DNA of 64,000 nucleotides, taken from contig NW_026781956.1 of NCBI RefSeq assembly GCF_031769215.1, positions 124,001 through 188,000 on the forward strand, read 5' to 3'. Under the pieces are notes generated by a model, which saw only the letters and a list, made by a program, of their open reading frames with translations, searched no databases and was not told the DNA's origin. A program made the position numbers and the translations under genes. Origin of the DNA: Ylistrum balloti (taxonomy: Eukaryota). Positions 12,501 to 27,500 of this stretch are shown here, one piece after another; position 1 is the stretch's first letter; each line of letters opens with the position of its first letter.

Positions 12501-15500
12501 ATATTTTCTACTTTTAGGTTTGCACGAAATGATAAAAGTGGGCCACACATGATGAAAAAGATTCTTCAGCTTTCTTATATACCTTTACATTTGCCGTTTT
12601 TGTCCGATTCATATCCGGATATACAAACACATTCTCCGTTTACTCTCTCCTCGTTCTTTCCACATTGTTCTTCATCTGCCTTATTACATTCTAAAGTAAC
12701 ACAGAAGTATTATTCTTTTAAAATCTTATATTGTTGGCATAATTAAATCTTAATAAATTATTAAGAAACAAACCATTTTCTGAAGACAAACTCCTTAATC
12801 AAACTTTAATAACGTTGTCGGGGTATTATATTATTTTAAAATAATTCAAAAATAAATGTCCCAGTGTAACATTCCAAGGGAAGTACAATGACCCTACTAA
12901 ACACATACGATCGTCAACCATTTAACAAACGGCCAGGTTATGTTACGAATTGGACAGTATCATTTCAAAACAATACGATATTCATAATTCACAAGTCAAC
13001 AATTTTCACACGCTAAACATATCTTACCTTCACTTTTGACTATAAATTTTCCCCGACACCCATCTTTGACATACATCTTGCCACTGTTAGTTACACCATA
13101 AGATTTTCCTTTATCGCAACTACTCCTGGAATATTGTTTCTTTAACATGACTTCATGAATTGAGAATTTTGTCTCACAAGTGGCTCGCTGGAAGTCTTTA
13201 CTGGAGCAAACAATGGTATCCTTGTGACATTCTGTAATCACAAATGTATTAACACATGTATCATATGTTTAATTTGATATAGGCATTGATCAAATCATTT
13301 CCGTTATTCAATTTGAATGTAAAGTATTGATGTCTTAAATACTTACTTGTTCAATGAGCTAAAATCATGATAATAGGCTAATTTGGTGATATATGTATTG
13401 GAAAAGAACTCCGTTACACTTAAATGACAAGTGCTCGTGCAATAGCTCAGTAAACTACGTCGTAAACTATAATTGGTACGCAACTTGGAAAGCATTTTCA
13501 TTGTCGTATGACATTAAAAAGAGATAACAATTTGATTAGAGAAGTCATACTTGCAATATTCGGTATATACAATCACTCATCTGGTGAGAGAAGTTAAAAA
13601 AACCCCGTTTTTTTTTTTGGTTTTTTAAGAGAAATTGGTACCATATCACAGGCGCTAGGATTTTAAAACAGATGTTGTAATTCTAATAGTGAAGAAAATG
13701 GTTATGGAAAATTGATAGGTTAAGGTGATATACTATACTTATTGAGAATTTCGTCAGCGATTGATTATTGGTATTGTATATACCTTTACATTTGCCGTTT
13801 TTGTCCGATTCATATCCGGATATACAAACACATTCTCCGTTTACTCTCTCCTCGTTCTTTCCACATTGTTCTTCATCTGCCTTATTACATTCTAAAGTAA
13901 CACAGAAGTATTATTCTTTTAAAATCTTATATTGTTGGCATAATTAAATCTTAATAAATTATTAAGAAACAAACCATTTTCTGAAGACAAACTCTTTAAT
14001 CAAACTTTAATAACGTTGTCGGGGTATTATATTATTTTAAAATAATTCAAAAATAAATGTCCCAGTGTAACATTCCAAGGGAAGTACAATGACCCTACTA
14101 AACACATACGATCGTCAACCATTTAACAAACGGCCAGGTTATGTTACGAATTGGACAGTATCATTTCAAAACAATACGATATTCATAATTCACAAGTCAA
14201 CAATTTTCACACGCTAAACATATCTTACCTTCACTTTTGACTATAAATTTTCCCCGACACCCATCTTTGACATACATCTTGCCACTGTTAGTTACACCAT
14301 AAGATTTTCCTTTATCGCAACTACTCCTGGAATATTGTTTCTTTAACATGACTTCATGAATTGAGAATTTTGTCTCACAAGTGGCTCGCTGGAAGTCTTT
14401 ACTGGAGCAAACAATGGTATCCTTGTGACATTCTGTAACCACAAATGTATTAACACATGTATCATATGTTTAATTTGATATAGGCATTGATCAAATCATT
14501 TCCGTTATTCAATGTAAATGTAAAGTATTGATGTCTTAAATACTTACTTGTTCAATGAGCTAAAATCATGATAATAGGCCTAAAATTGCCTATAGAATAT
14601 CGATATTCATCTCGTCTGAAAATATTACTTTATTCTGAATTATGAAGAAAATACGCATGGTGTCCAAAGAGAACCAGTAGCATAAATATCATCTTTTGCA
14701 TGTTCCACATGGTTTAGTGACCGAAGTAATTGCTCTAATTGGCCACCATATTCGTGTCAAACTAACAGGTATTAAAAACGCACCATTATTGGGTATAGAA
14801 GGGTTTTTAATTACCTTGACCATAACGAAAGTTTCTCAACAGGTCTATGCAAACTTAAGGCTATAATTGTTCATATGATAAAATACAAAAATGTAATGAA
14901 TTATCTGCTGCGACGAAGCATCAACTGACAGCATTGAATACCTTGAAATCATATTTTGTGTCCAAAAACCCGAAAAATCCCTTTTGACGAGCCCTGGAAT
15001 GTGAGAAAACAAATTAACAATAATTACTTGTACAGTGTTTGCCGTTTCCTTGGTAACCTGGTAAACACACGCATTGTTTCCGACCATCTTTTACATTACA
15101 CTTTGCGGCTTTGTCGCAACCATTTCCTTCGTCTATCACGTTCATTGTTGGTACTGATGTTTTATTCCTTTGACACTGATACTCTTTTCTACAGTCGTCC
15201 GTGACATATTTGTCGCCAATCTGTTGCCAATTATACATATTACATTCACATCCCAAAATAGTTTCACTTCAGAGCACTCCAGTGATAAACCATGATCTTA
15301 TCAAGTTATTAGATGCGATATGAAATTATGTATCTATATCAGATCAATTACATTACTGACATAATTCGTGCAAATGTTATTTATGTTATTTATTCTTCGA
15401 CTTGAAATTAAATGTCAGTAAGAAATAAAATGGCAATTATCGCAAGATTTGTACATTTATACAAGTACATTTGATAGACGAAATATAGTTTGGTTAACAT

Positions 15501-18500
15501 CATATTGCTCAGAGAGACGAAACTTCATATAACTTTACCTTGAAATAATGTCCATCAAGTGAACAGCCACAATCATCCGCCTTAACGCACGTTAAATCAT
15601 TGCGGACGTATCCCTCCTTGCAAACGCAGCCTTCAGTTGCTGGTAACCCACACACAAAATCGGGCATATCTGTTGGTTCTCCGCATGTGTCTTGACATGC
15701 CGCCACCTCGTGACTGTATTCTTCATTCTCGTTACATATCATCGCTTTCAAGACATAAAACAATTCGAACGTTGTCATCAAATCGTCAAATTGTCTTTCG
15801 TTTAATTGTAATAAATGCATACTTAAAAGGACAACATATATACATTTATATGTCAGTCTTGGAAATATTTAAGTAATAGAATTCTCGGGAAGATGCAGGA
15901 AACGACTGTATCTAATTTCGATGTACGAATATGTTTCAAACTCATGCCGTTTCGTTTCGACGTTTTCTCAGATTTTGAATTTTACTACCATATCGTTGTT
16001 ACTGTATTTGACTTGTTAACAATGAACTGAGATAGACAAATATGAAGGAAGAAACTACAATACTCACGGCAGAACTTTGTGGTTCTCCACGACACTTGGA
16101 TTCCATAATCTCCTAACGTAGAAACGAAGTCTTCGATAGATGAACAAGCAACTTTCGTTGCATCTGTTTTCATGTAAGCGCAAACATCAATGATGCAAGA
16201 CGCAAGCGCTTCATCAGCGATGGCTTTCAAGTCTGGATTACGCTTTAAAATGTCCACAAATGGTCCCTCTTGTCCTCTTAATATCCCGCAATACTTACGT
16301 GACATTACGCTTTCTTTTACTTTGTCATTTGTACATTTCTCGAATGGATGACCATCACGTTTACAACTGAAAAAAGTATATCAAGTCACAGTGTTTTATG
16401 ACGACGGGACCAAGAAATAAGTCTACTTAAGCATTGTTCGTTCAACATATATGATGAAATTTGGAGGGAAAATCATATATAATCCATTGTAAGAAATATC
16501 AATACTGGTAAATCAAAACACTTATTTATGGCTGATATTTAATAAATACATATCAAAATAAAGAGCTACGCGCTAGAGTTTAAATTTTGTGCAGTTGTGA
16601 AATGAAAAACACAAATGTTTGCTGAAATATCGTTCATAACACTTTAAACATTATGCAAAACATCGAATACAGAGGCTGAAATATTCTACAGTCGTTATAA
16701 AACGAAGCCTTTTTTTTTAGATATGCATTCGCTTGTGCTACACTAGGGAGAGTCAGAAGGGTTTTATGTTCTGTTTGTCGCGGTCGACAGTCGAAATTCC
16801 CCTTTAAGTATACGCATGCAAAGACTCTAACGATCCCTGCGAAGGTCAGCATTCAAGCAATGTGTTATATGCTTTACAAAAGTATCATATTTATAAATCA
16901 TGCATCGATGGACAGACAAAACATTTTTCTACTAACTTGCATGTGTGTCAAAGCCCTTGAAAGATTAAAACAACTAAGCTAAGTATCTCCACTCCTTTTC
17001 TTAACAACTTCACTGCAATGATCACCAGTATGGAATCCCTCTAGACTTATCCTTGTAAATCTACCTTGCCGCTAATCCTACAAGATTTTACGTTTACATT
17101 ACTTGTGTTTACAACAACTCTCTTTATTTGTAAATATCACAAGTGTTGGACATTTACTCGGACACAGGCACCAATACAATCGTATATGTAATACGTCACG
17201 CTATGGTGGCGAAACTCAGACGCGACGATTCCACAAGGTCAGTGCATTATATTTGTTATACGAAATCCGTTTTATATTTGGAATTTTACCTTCAAAAGAT
17301 AGGATGCTTGGCAAGGAATGAAAAATACTACGCATACCATGAAATAGTGTTTCGTTATATGATATAATTTATCTGTGTGTGCGTTTGATTAAATCTAATA
17401 GAATCGCGGTTCCTTTATAAAACGTTTTCCATACTGAATGCAATTTGCATATATTCTATCATTAGGATTGATGAGAGCATGGGTAAAACGGTAATTTTGT
17501 GTCAAATTGACCGATTTTCTTTTTAACCCTGTTTATTCCTACTGAAGGTGGGTATTACTCACACTTTATCTTTCTCAATGACTCTGTAGCTCTCTCCAAT
17601 CAAGTTATATCGGTTTTTTTCTGTTGAGACGTCAGTTCCATCCTTCGTTCTATAGTCATCCCTTTTACCATTACAATCACCACATATACCTTTCAAATGG
17701 CCACTATACGACTTGGGAACTTTGACTTTAACCCTGGATCGACCGTCCCACGTTATCGTGTGATTACATTTCTTCGTTCTCAGTTCGACGGATTCACCTC
17801 TAATCATCAAGGATACACCGTTTTCGGTGAAAGGCAAACGAACCTTTAAATCATCCACCTATTCAACAGAAATACACATTTGAGTAAAATTATATTATGG
17901 CAGTCAGAGGCTGTTTTCTTTTCCTGACAATTAGATCCCTTTCAGACCTTAAAACATTTCCTTTTTTTACTCCTAACTGCTTCACTGAATCACAAATATT
18001 TACATAATGGGTGCAGTTGAAGAACCAGAAGAGGTTTACTTTTCTGAAACACATATAAACAAATATAAACTTTATTTATTTTACAACAATTGCGAAACAA
18101 GTTATGTCAACTTATACTAATCATTCTTGTTGACCCGGATGTAAGCGCGCGAGGGGTCTTATAGGTGAAAGGCGAGTGCGTTACCACTGCGCCACCCGAC
18201 CACCCTTATTCTAATTCTCTTTATAGGTGTATAGGAATATTCGCCTAATTTTTTCTTTAGTTCATATTTTGTCCTAGTTTGATTTAATTTGAATTTGGAT
18301 TATGATTATGTAGACATGTTGGTATTTTCGTAATGTTTTTCGTGTTTAATTAAATTCTAACCTAGCCTTCAAGATTGTACAAAATATATACAAGTTACTT
18401 GCACCCGTTCATACAAATTTAGAGTTAGATACGACAAAGCCAAACTCTTCAGTGATGCTATGGGCCTTAATTTTGAAGCTTAGGACGCGACTAAGAAAAA

Positions 18501-21500
18501 TCCAATGTGATCAAAGGAAATATCAAAATCTAGGTTGGGAAGTGCAATAAACTACTATTGCAACAAAGAAAATGTCATTTGCAAATATCTCATCTGATAA
18601 TTTCATATCAATAGTAATACTAAAAAAGGTACCTAAGCCATGGAAATAACACTTATCAACCGAATCATGCGTCAACTAAAAGGTCACAAAATGTAGTCTA
18701 TAGGCCATATCCAGCGCTCAGAATAGCTCTCAATTACACCTCTTTGTAAACATGTATATAAAAACACAAAAGTCTAAAATATTACGTTGGCATTTGTTTG
18801 CGAATTGAAGTTATCGAAGTCTACAAACAACAAAGAAAACTGACATATACATTTTTTTAAATTAAAAACTCCAAATCGATCAAATCTGAGCATATATTTA
18901 CAAAAATGATTTATATACTTTAAAAAAATGCAAGAACGATACGACAAGGTATTCTGGGAGAAGGAGACACATATTCTGCTTCACAGACGACACCCGTCTT
19001 ATCAATTAAAGTTATCAATGTCACATTAACAAATGAAAACAAGGTTAACAGAACCGAAATCTTCGGACAAAATAGCAAGTATCGAACACATCTAAGGACA
19101 GATGTCAGAAGGAAACTGAATTTTCATAATGACATCCTGATGATAAACGATAGTAATACCATTGTTTCGACTTCTAATTTAATGACGGGGGTTCGATTCA
19201 CAGTTCATGAGTTCTGCGAACTACCATCCGCCCCTATAAAACTTATTAGCATAAAATGATAAAACCTGTTTCATAATCATTGCAAAGTATATAAAGTTTT
19301 ACATTTTCTAGAGATCATTTCTTATTTTTTTATTAAAAGAATCACCAATATAACAGGAATGCAATGAGCTACGAGCAATAAGATATCGTCTCAATAGAAT
19401 ATCTTCAGAAAGTTCAAGAATGCAAATAAAGAATTCGCTAAAACTTTATGAGTTTTATTTAAGGGAACTCAACATATGTTATTAAACAGAGAGTCTTACA
19501 CACTAGATGTCGTGAGAGTGATTTGCTGATGAGAATGTACTTTCATACTAACCTTAACCTTTTTTCCTGGCAGAAGGTAAATACGTTTGTTCAGGGTCTC
19601 AACATATACCAATTTAGTAAAAGATACATGCGTCTTTCCATAACGATGCTCGTTCTTCACCTCTACCTTGATTCTACAAAGGTCGTCTGGTTTTGTGGAT
19701 TCCGTGAGAGTGTACCTACATGTTCCCATGAAGTGTATCATCTGACCGTCATAAGTTCTATAGTGAGGATCCCCGTACACAGAACACATACATGACTCTA
19801 AACAGAACAAAAAAAAAAAAAAAAAAAACTTGGTGTTATGTGTGAACCGAACATCAAAGATCTCAAGATCCGTATGATCAAATTACAATACAGAGTATAA
19901 TATTTAGTTGTATTTCTTTAGAATTTATATACTGTTGTATATTATTGTATTGATACACGTGATTGTATATTTGAAACTGCTCTAAAGCTCCATCCATAGT
20001 CAACGTTGATAAATTAACGGATGAATTACCTTTTTCATAATTATTTACATTTGAATGCTAACATAGTTATTACTTGTAATCATTTGATGTGCTTTCTTAA
20101 AAAGGCCCGGGCCAGCATGTTGGATACAATATCCTACCTTCACAATTGTCGAAAGGATCCCCGAAGTATCCTTTTTTACAAGTACATTTCCCTTTCTTTT
20201 TCTCGGCGTTTCGTCCACATGTATTTGAATCTCTGCATTTTTCTGAATATGATTAAGTAATGCAATATTATATATAAACCACACTGCACGGTCTTTGACA
20301 TCATACATAATCATTTATCATGATTGAGGTCACATGATTTACCTGTCTGATTCAAGTTTGTGTACAGGAGTAATTTACTCTGTACATTAACTGAAATTAT
20401 ATCCACGCTATATATACGTGAAATTACAACAACTGCATGTGGTAGTGTCACTAAAATTACTTTTAATATTTTCCAGAAGTGAAACAGTTTCAGTTGCTCC
20501 CATGAAGTTTCATTTGCATTTAAAAAGTTCATGTATATGTGTTGGACATTTTCTTCACACCCACCTGGTTTTGTTACGTTGAACAATCCACGGCATCCTT
20601 TCTTTACGAACAGAAATCTCCCTCTTAATCCAAACGTTTCTTTCTCTCTACAGCTTGCTTTGGAGTATTGTTTAACCAAAACCACTTTTTTAAATCGTTC
20701 GCCCAGTGGACATCGTCGGAATCTCCGTTTGGTACTTTCACATGTGATTTCTCGGTCACAGTTAGGTGACGATTCTGTTAATTATATCGGATTTAAAGAT
20801 TTATTTCAAGTATGAAGAGGAAGTGTTGTGTTAATGTAGTTATTAATCCATACGTTAACATCTCAAACGGAAGATTGCAATAATATATTTTCTACTTTTA
20901 GGTTTGCACGAAATGATAAAAGTGGGCCACACATGATGAAAAAGATTCTTCAGCTTTCTTATATACCTTTACATTTGCCGTTTTTGTCCGATTCATATCC
21001 GGATATACAAACACATTCTCCGTTTACTCTCTCCTCGTTCTTTCCACATTGTTCTTCATCTGCCTTATTACATTCTAAAGTAACACAGAAGTATTATTCT
21101 TTTAAAATCTTATATTGTTGGCATAATTAAATCTTAATAAATTATTAAGAAACAAACCATTTTCTGAAGACAAACTCCTTAATCAAACTTTAATAACGTT
21201 GTCGGGGTATTATATTATTTTAAAATAATTCAAAAATAAATGTCCCAGTGTAACATTCCAAGGGAAGTACAATGACCCTACTAAACACATACGATCGTCA
21301 ACCATTTAACAAACGGCCAGGTTATGTTACGAATTGGACAGTATCATTTCAAAACAATACGATATTCATAATTCACAAGTCAACAATTTTCACACGCTAA
21401 ACATATCTTACCTTCACTTTTGACTATAAATTTTCCCCGACACCCATCTTTGACATACATCTTGCCACTGTTAGTTACACCATAAGATTTTCCTTTATCG

Positions 21501-24500
21501 CAACTACTCCTGGAATATTGTTTCTTTAACATGACTTCATGAATTGAGAATTTTGTCTCACAAGTGGCTCGCTGGAAGTCTTTACTGGAGCAAACAATGG
21601 TATCCTTGTGACATTCTGTAATCACAAATGTATTAACACATGTATCATATGTTTAATTTGATATAGGCATTGATCAAATCATTTCCGTTATTCAATTTGA
21701 ATGTAAAGTATTGATGTCTTAAATACTTACTTGTTCAATGAGCTAAAATCATGATAATAGGCTAATTTGGTGATATATGTATTGGAAAAGAACTCCGTTA
21801 CACTTAAATGACAAGTGCTCGTGCAATAGCTCAGTAAACTACGTCGTAAACTATAATTGGTACGCAACTTGGAAAGCATTTTCATTGTCGTATGACATTA
21901 AAAAGAGATAACAATTTGATTAGAGAAGTCATACTTGCAATATTCGGTATATACAATCACTCATCTGGTGAAAGAAGTTAAAAAAAACCCGATTTTTTTT
22001 TTTTTTTTTTTTTGTTTTTTAAGAGAAATTGGTACCATATCACAGGCGCTAGGATTTTAAAACAGATGTTGTAATTCTAATAGTGAAGAAAATGGTTATG
22101 GAAAATTGATAGGTTAAGGTGATATACTATACTTATTGAGAATTTCGTCAGCGATTGATTATTGGTATTGTATATACCTTTACATTTGCCGTTTTTGTCC
22201 GATTCATATCCGGATATACAAACACATTCTCCGTTTACTCTCTCCTCGTTCTTTCCACATTGTTCTTCATCTGCCTTATTACATTCTAAAGTAACACAGA
22301 AGTATTATTCTTTTAAAATCTTATATTGTTGGCATAATTAAATCTTAATAAATTATTAAGAAACAAACCATTTTCTGAAGACAAACTCCTTAATCAAACT
22401 TTAATAACGTTGTCGGGGTATTATATTATTTTAAAATAATTCAAAAATAAATGCCCCAGTGTAACATTCCAAGGGAAGTACAATGACCCTACTAAACACA
22501 TACGATCGTCAACCATTTAACAAACGGCCAGGTTATGTTACGAATTGGACAGTATCATTTCAAAACAATACGATATTCATAATTCACAAGTCAACAATTT
22601 TCACACGCTAAACATATCTTACCTTCACTTTTGACTATAAATTTTCCCCGACACCCATCTTTGACATACATCTTGCCACTGTTAGTTACACCATAAGATT
22701 TTCCTTTATCGCAACTACTCCTGGAATATTGTTTCTTTAACATGACTTCATGAATTGAGAATTTTGTCTCACAAGTGGCTCGCTGGAAGTCTTTACTGGA
22801 GCAAACAATGGTATCCTTGTGACATTCTGTAATCACAAATGTATTAACACATGTATCATATGTTTAATTTGATATAGGCATTGATCAAATCATTTCCGTT
22901 ATTCAATTTGAATGTAAAGTATTGATGTCTTAAATACTTACTTGTTCAATGAGCTAAAATCATGATAATAGGCTAATTTGGTGATATATGTATTGGAAAA
23001 GAACTCCGTTACACTTAAATGACAAGTGCTCGTGCAATAGCTCAGTAAACTACGTCGTAAACTATAATTGGTACGCAACTTGGAAAGCATTTTCATTGTC
23101 GTATGACATTAAAAAGAGATAACAATTTAATTAGAGAAGTCATACTTGCAATATTCGGTATATACAATCACTCATCTGGTGAGAGAAGTTAAAAAAAAAC
23201 CGTTTTTTTTTTTTTGGTTTTTTAAGAGAAATTGGTACCATATCACAGGCGCTAGGATTTTAAAACAGATGTTGTAATTCTAATAGTGAAGAAAATGGTT
23301 ATGGAAAATTGATAGGTTAAGGTGATATACTATACTTATTGAGAATTTCGTCAGCGATTGATTATTGGTATTGTATATACCTTTACATTTGCCGTTTTTG
23401 TCCGATTCATATCCGGATATACAAACACATTCTCCGTTTACTCTCTCCTCGTTCTTTCCACATTGTTCTTCATCTGCCTTATTACATTCTAAAGTAACAC
23501 AGAAGTATTATTCTTTTAAAATCTTATATTGTTGGCATAATTAAATCTTAATAAATTATTAAGAAACAAACCATTTTCTGAAGACAAACTCTTTAATCAA
23601 ACTTTAATAACGTTGTCGGGGTATTATATTATTTTAAAATAATTCAAAAATAAATGTCCCAGTGTAACATTCCAAGGGAAGTACAATGACCCTACTAAAC
23701 ACATACGATCGTCAACCATTTAACAAACGGCCAGGTTATGTTACGAATTGGACAGTATCATTTCAAAACAATACGATATTCATAATTCACAAGTCAACAA
23801 TTTTCACACGCTAAACATATCTTACCTTCACTTTTGACTATAAATTTTCCCCGACACCCATCTTTGACATACATCTTGCCACTGTTAGTTACACCATAAG
23901 ATTTTCCTTTATCGCAACTACTCCTGGAATATTGTTTCTTTAACATGACTTCATGAATTGAGAATTTTGTCTCACAAGTGGCTCGCTGGAAGTCTTTACT
24001 GGAGCAAACAATGGTATCCTTGTGACATTCTGTAACCACAAATGTATTAACACATGTATCATATGTTTAATTTGATATAGGCATTGATCAAATCATTTCC
24101 GTTATTCAATGTAAATGTAAAGTATTGATGTCTTAAATACTTACTTGTTCAATGAGCTAAAATCATGATAATAGGCCTAAAATTGCCTATAGAATATCGA
24201 TATTCATCTCATCTGAAAATATTGCTTTATTCTGAATTATGAAGAAAATACGCATGGTGTCCAAAGAGAACCAGTAGCATAAATATCATCTTTTGCATGT
24301 TCCACATGGTTTAGTGACCGAAGTAATTGCTCTAATTGGCCACCATATTCGTGTCAAACTAACAGGTATTAAAAACGCACCATTATTGGGTATAGAAGGG
24401 TTTTTAATTACCTTGACCATAACGAAAGTTTCTCAACAGGTCTATGCAAACTTAAGGCTATAATTGTTCATATGATAAAATACAAAAATGTAATGAATTA

Positions 24501-27500
24501 TCTGCTGCGACGAAGCATCAACTGACAGCATTGAATACCTTGAAATCATATTTTGTGTCCAAAAACCCGAAAAATCCCTTTTGACGAGCCCTGGAATGTG
24601 AGAAAACAAATTAACAATAATTACTTGTACAGTGTTTGCCGTTTCCTTGGTAACCTGGTAAACACACGCATTGTTTCCGACCATCTTTTACATTACACTT
24701 TGCGGCTTTGTCGCAACCATTTCCTTCGTCTATCACGTTCATTGTTGGTACTGATGTTTTATTCCTTTGACACTGATACTCTTTTCTACAGTCGTCCGTG
24801 ACATATTTGTCGCCAATCTGTTGCCAATTATACATATTACATTCACATCCCAAAATAGTTTCACTTCAGAGCACTCCAGTGATAAACCATGATCTTATCA
24901 AGTTATTAGATGCGATCTGAAATTATGTATCTATATCAGATCAATTACATTACTGACATAATTCGTGCAAATGTTATTTATGTTATTTATTCTTCGACTT
25001 GAAATTAAATGTCAGTAAGAAATAAAATGGCAATTATCGCAAGATTTGTACATTTATACAAGTACATTTGATAGACGAAATATAGTTTGGTTAACATCAT
25101 ATTGCTCAGAGAGACGAAACTTCATAGAACTTTACCTTGAAATAATGTCCATCAAGTGAACAGCCACAATCATCCGCCTTAACGCACGTTAAATCATTGC
25201 GGACGTATCCCTCCTTGCAAACGCAGCCTTCAGTTGCTGGTAACCCACACACAAAATCGGGCATATCTGTTGGTTCTCCGCATGTGTCTTGACATGCCGC
25301 CACCTCGTGACTGTATTCTTCATTCTCGTTACATATCATCGCTTTCAAGACATAAAACAATTCGAACGTTGTCATCAAATCGTCAAATTGTCTTTCGTTT
25401 AATTGTAATAAATGCATACTTAAAAGGACAACATATATACATTTATATGTCAGTCTTGGAAATATTTAAGTAATAGAATTCTCGGGAAGATGCAGGAAAC
25501 GACTGTATCTAATTTCGATGTACGAATATGTTTCAAACTCATGCCGTTTCGTTTCGACGTTTTCTCAGATTTTGAATTTTACTACCATATCGTTGTTACT
25601 GTATTTGACTTGTTAACAATGAACTGAGATAGACAAATATGAAGGAAGAAACTACAATACTCACGGCAGAACTTTGTGGTTCTCCACGACACTTGGATTC
25701 CATAATCTCCTAACGTAGAAACGAAGTCTTCGATAGATGAACAAGCAACTTTCGTTGCATCTGTTTTCATGTAAGCGCAAACATCAATGATGCAAGACGC
25801 AAGCGCTTCATCAGCGATGGCTTTCAAGTCTGGATTACGCTTTAAAATGTCCACAAATGGTCCCTCTTGTCCTCTTAATATCCCGCAATACTTACGTGAC
25901 ATTACGCTTTCTTTTACTTTGTCATTTGTACATTTCTCGAATGGATGACCATCACGTTTACAACTGAAAAAAGTATATCAAGTCACAGTGTTTTATGACG
26001 ACGGGACCAAGAAATAAGTCTACTTAAGCATTGTTCGTTCAACATATATGATGAAATTTGGAGGGAAACTCATATATAATCCATTGTAAGAAATATCAAT
26101 ACTGGTAAATCAAAACACTTATTTATGGCTGATATTTAATAAATACATATCAAAATAAAGAGCTACGCGCTAGAGTTTAAATTTTGTGCAGTTGTGAAAT
26201 GAAAAACACAAATGTTTGCTGAAATATCGTTCATAACACTCTAAACATTATGCAAAACATCGAATACAGAGGCTGAAATATTCTACAGTCGTTATAAAAC
26301 GAAGCCTTTTTTAGATATGCATTCGCTTGTGCTACACTAGGGAGAGTCAGAAGGGTTTTATGTTCTGTTTGTCGCGGTCGACAGTCGAAATTCCCCTTTA
26401 AGTATACGCATGCAAAGACTCTAACGATCCCTGCGAAGGTCAGCATTCAAGCAATGTGTTATATGCTTTACAAAAGTATCATATTTATAAATCATGCATC
26501 GATGGACAGACAAAACATTTTTCTACTAACTTGCATGTGTGTCAAAGCCCTTGAAAGATTAAAACAACTAAGCTAAGTATCTCCACTCCTTTTCTTAACA
26601 ACTTCACTGCAATGATCACCAGTATGGAATCCCTCTAGACTTATCCTTGTAAATCTACCTTGCCGCTAATCCTACAAGATTTTACGTTTACATTACTTGT
26701 GTTTACAACAACTCTCTTTATTTGTAAATATCACAAGTGTTGGACATTTACTCGGACACAGGCACCAATACAATCGTATATGTAATACGTCACGCTATGG
26801 TGGCGAAACTCAGACGCGACGATTCCACAAGGTCAGTGCATTATATTTGTTATACGAAATCCGTTTTATATTTGGAATTTTACCTTCAAAAGATAGGATG
26901 CTTGGCAAGGAATGAAAAATACTACGCATACCATGAAATAGTGTTTCGTTATATGATATAATTTATCTGTGTGTGCGTTTGATTAAATCTAATAGAATCG
27001 CGGTTCCTTTATAAAACGTTTTCCATACTGAATGCAATTTGCATATATTCTATCATTAGGATTGATGAGAGCATGGGTAAAACGGTAATTTTGTGTCAAA
27101 TTGACCGATTTTCTTTTTAACCCTGTTTATTCCTACTGAAGGTGGGTATTACTCACACTTTATCTTTCTCAATGACTCTGTAGCTCTCTCCAATCAAGTT
27201 ATATCGGTTTTTTTCTGTTGAGACGTCAGTTCCATCCTTCGTTCTATAGTCATCCCTTTTACCATTACAATCACCACATATACCTTTCAAATGGCCACTA
27301 TACGACTTGGGAACTTTGACTTTAACCCTGGATCGACCGTCCCACGTTATCGTGTGATTACATTTCTTCGTTCTCAGTTCGACGGATTCACCTCTAATCA
27401 TCAAGGATACACCGTCTTCGGTGAAAGGCAAACGAACCTTTAAATCATCCACCTATTCAACAGAAATACACATTTGAGTAAAATTATATTATGGCAGTCA

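Noticed and set aside
12996-13027. Read-through tail GKICLACENC* after every ADEL-A exon, suggesting secreted short isoforms with a CxxCxxC end
   Set aside because: It follows a strong G|gtaaga donor, and I saw no minus-strand poly(A) signal in that intron. It is ordinary intron sequence unless RNA data show retention.
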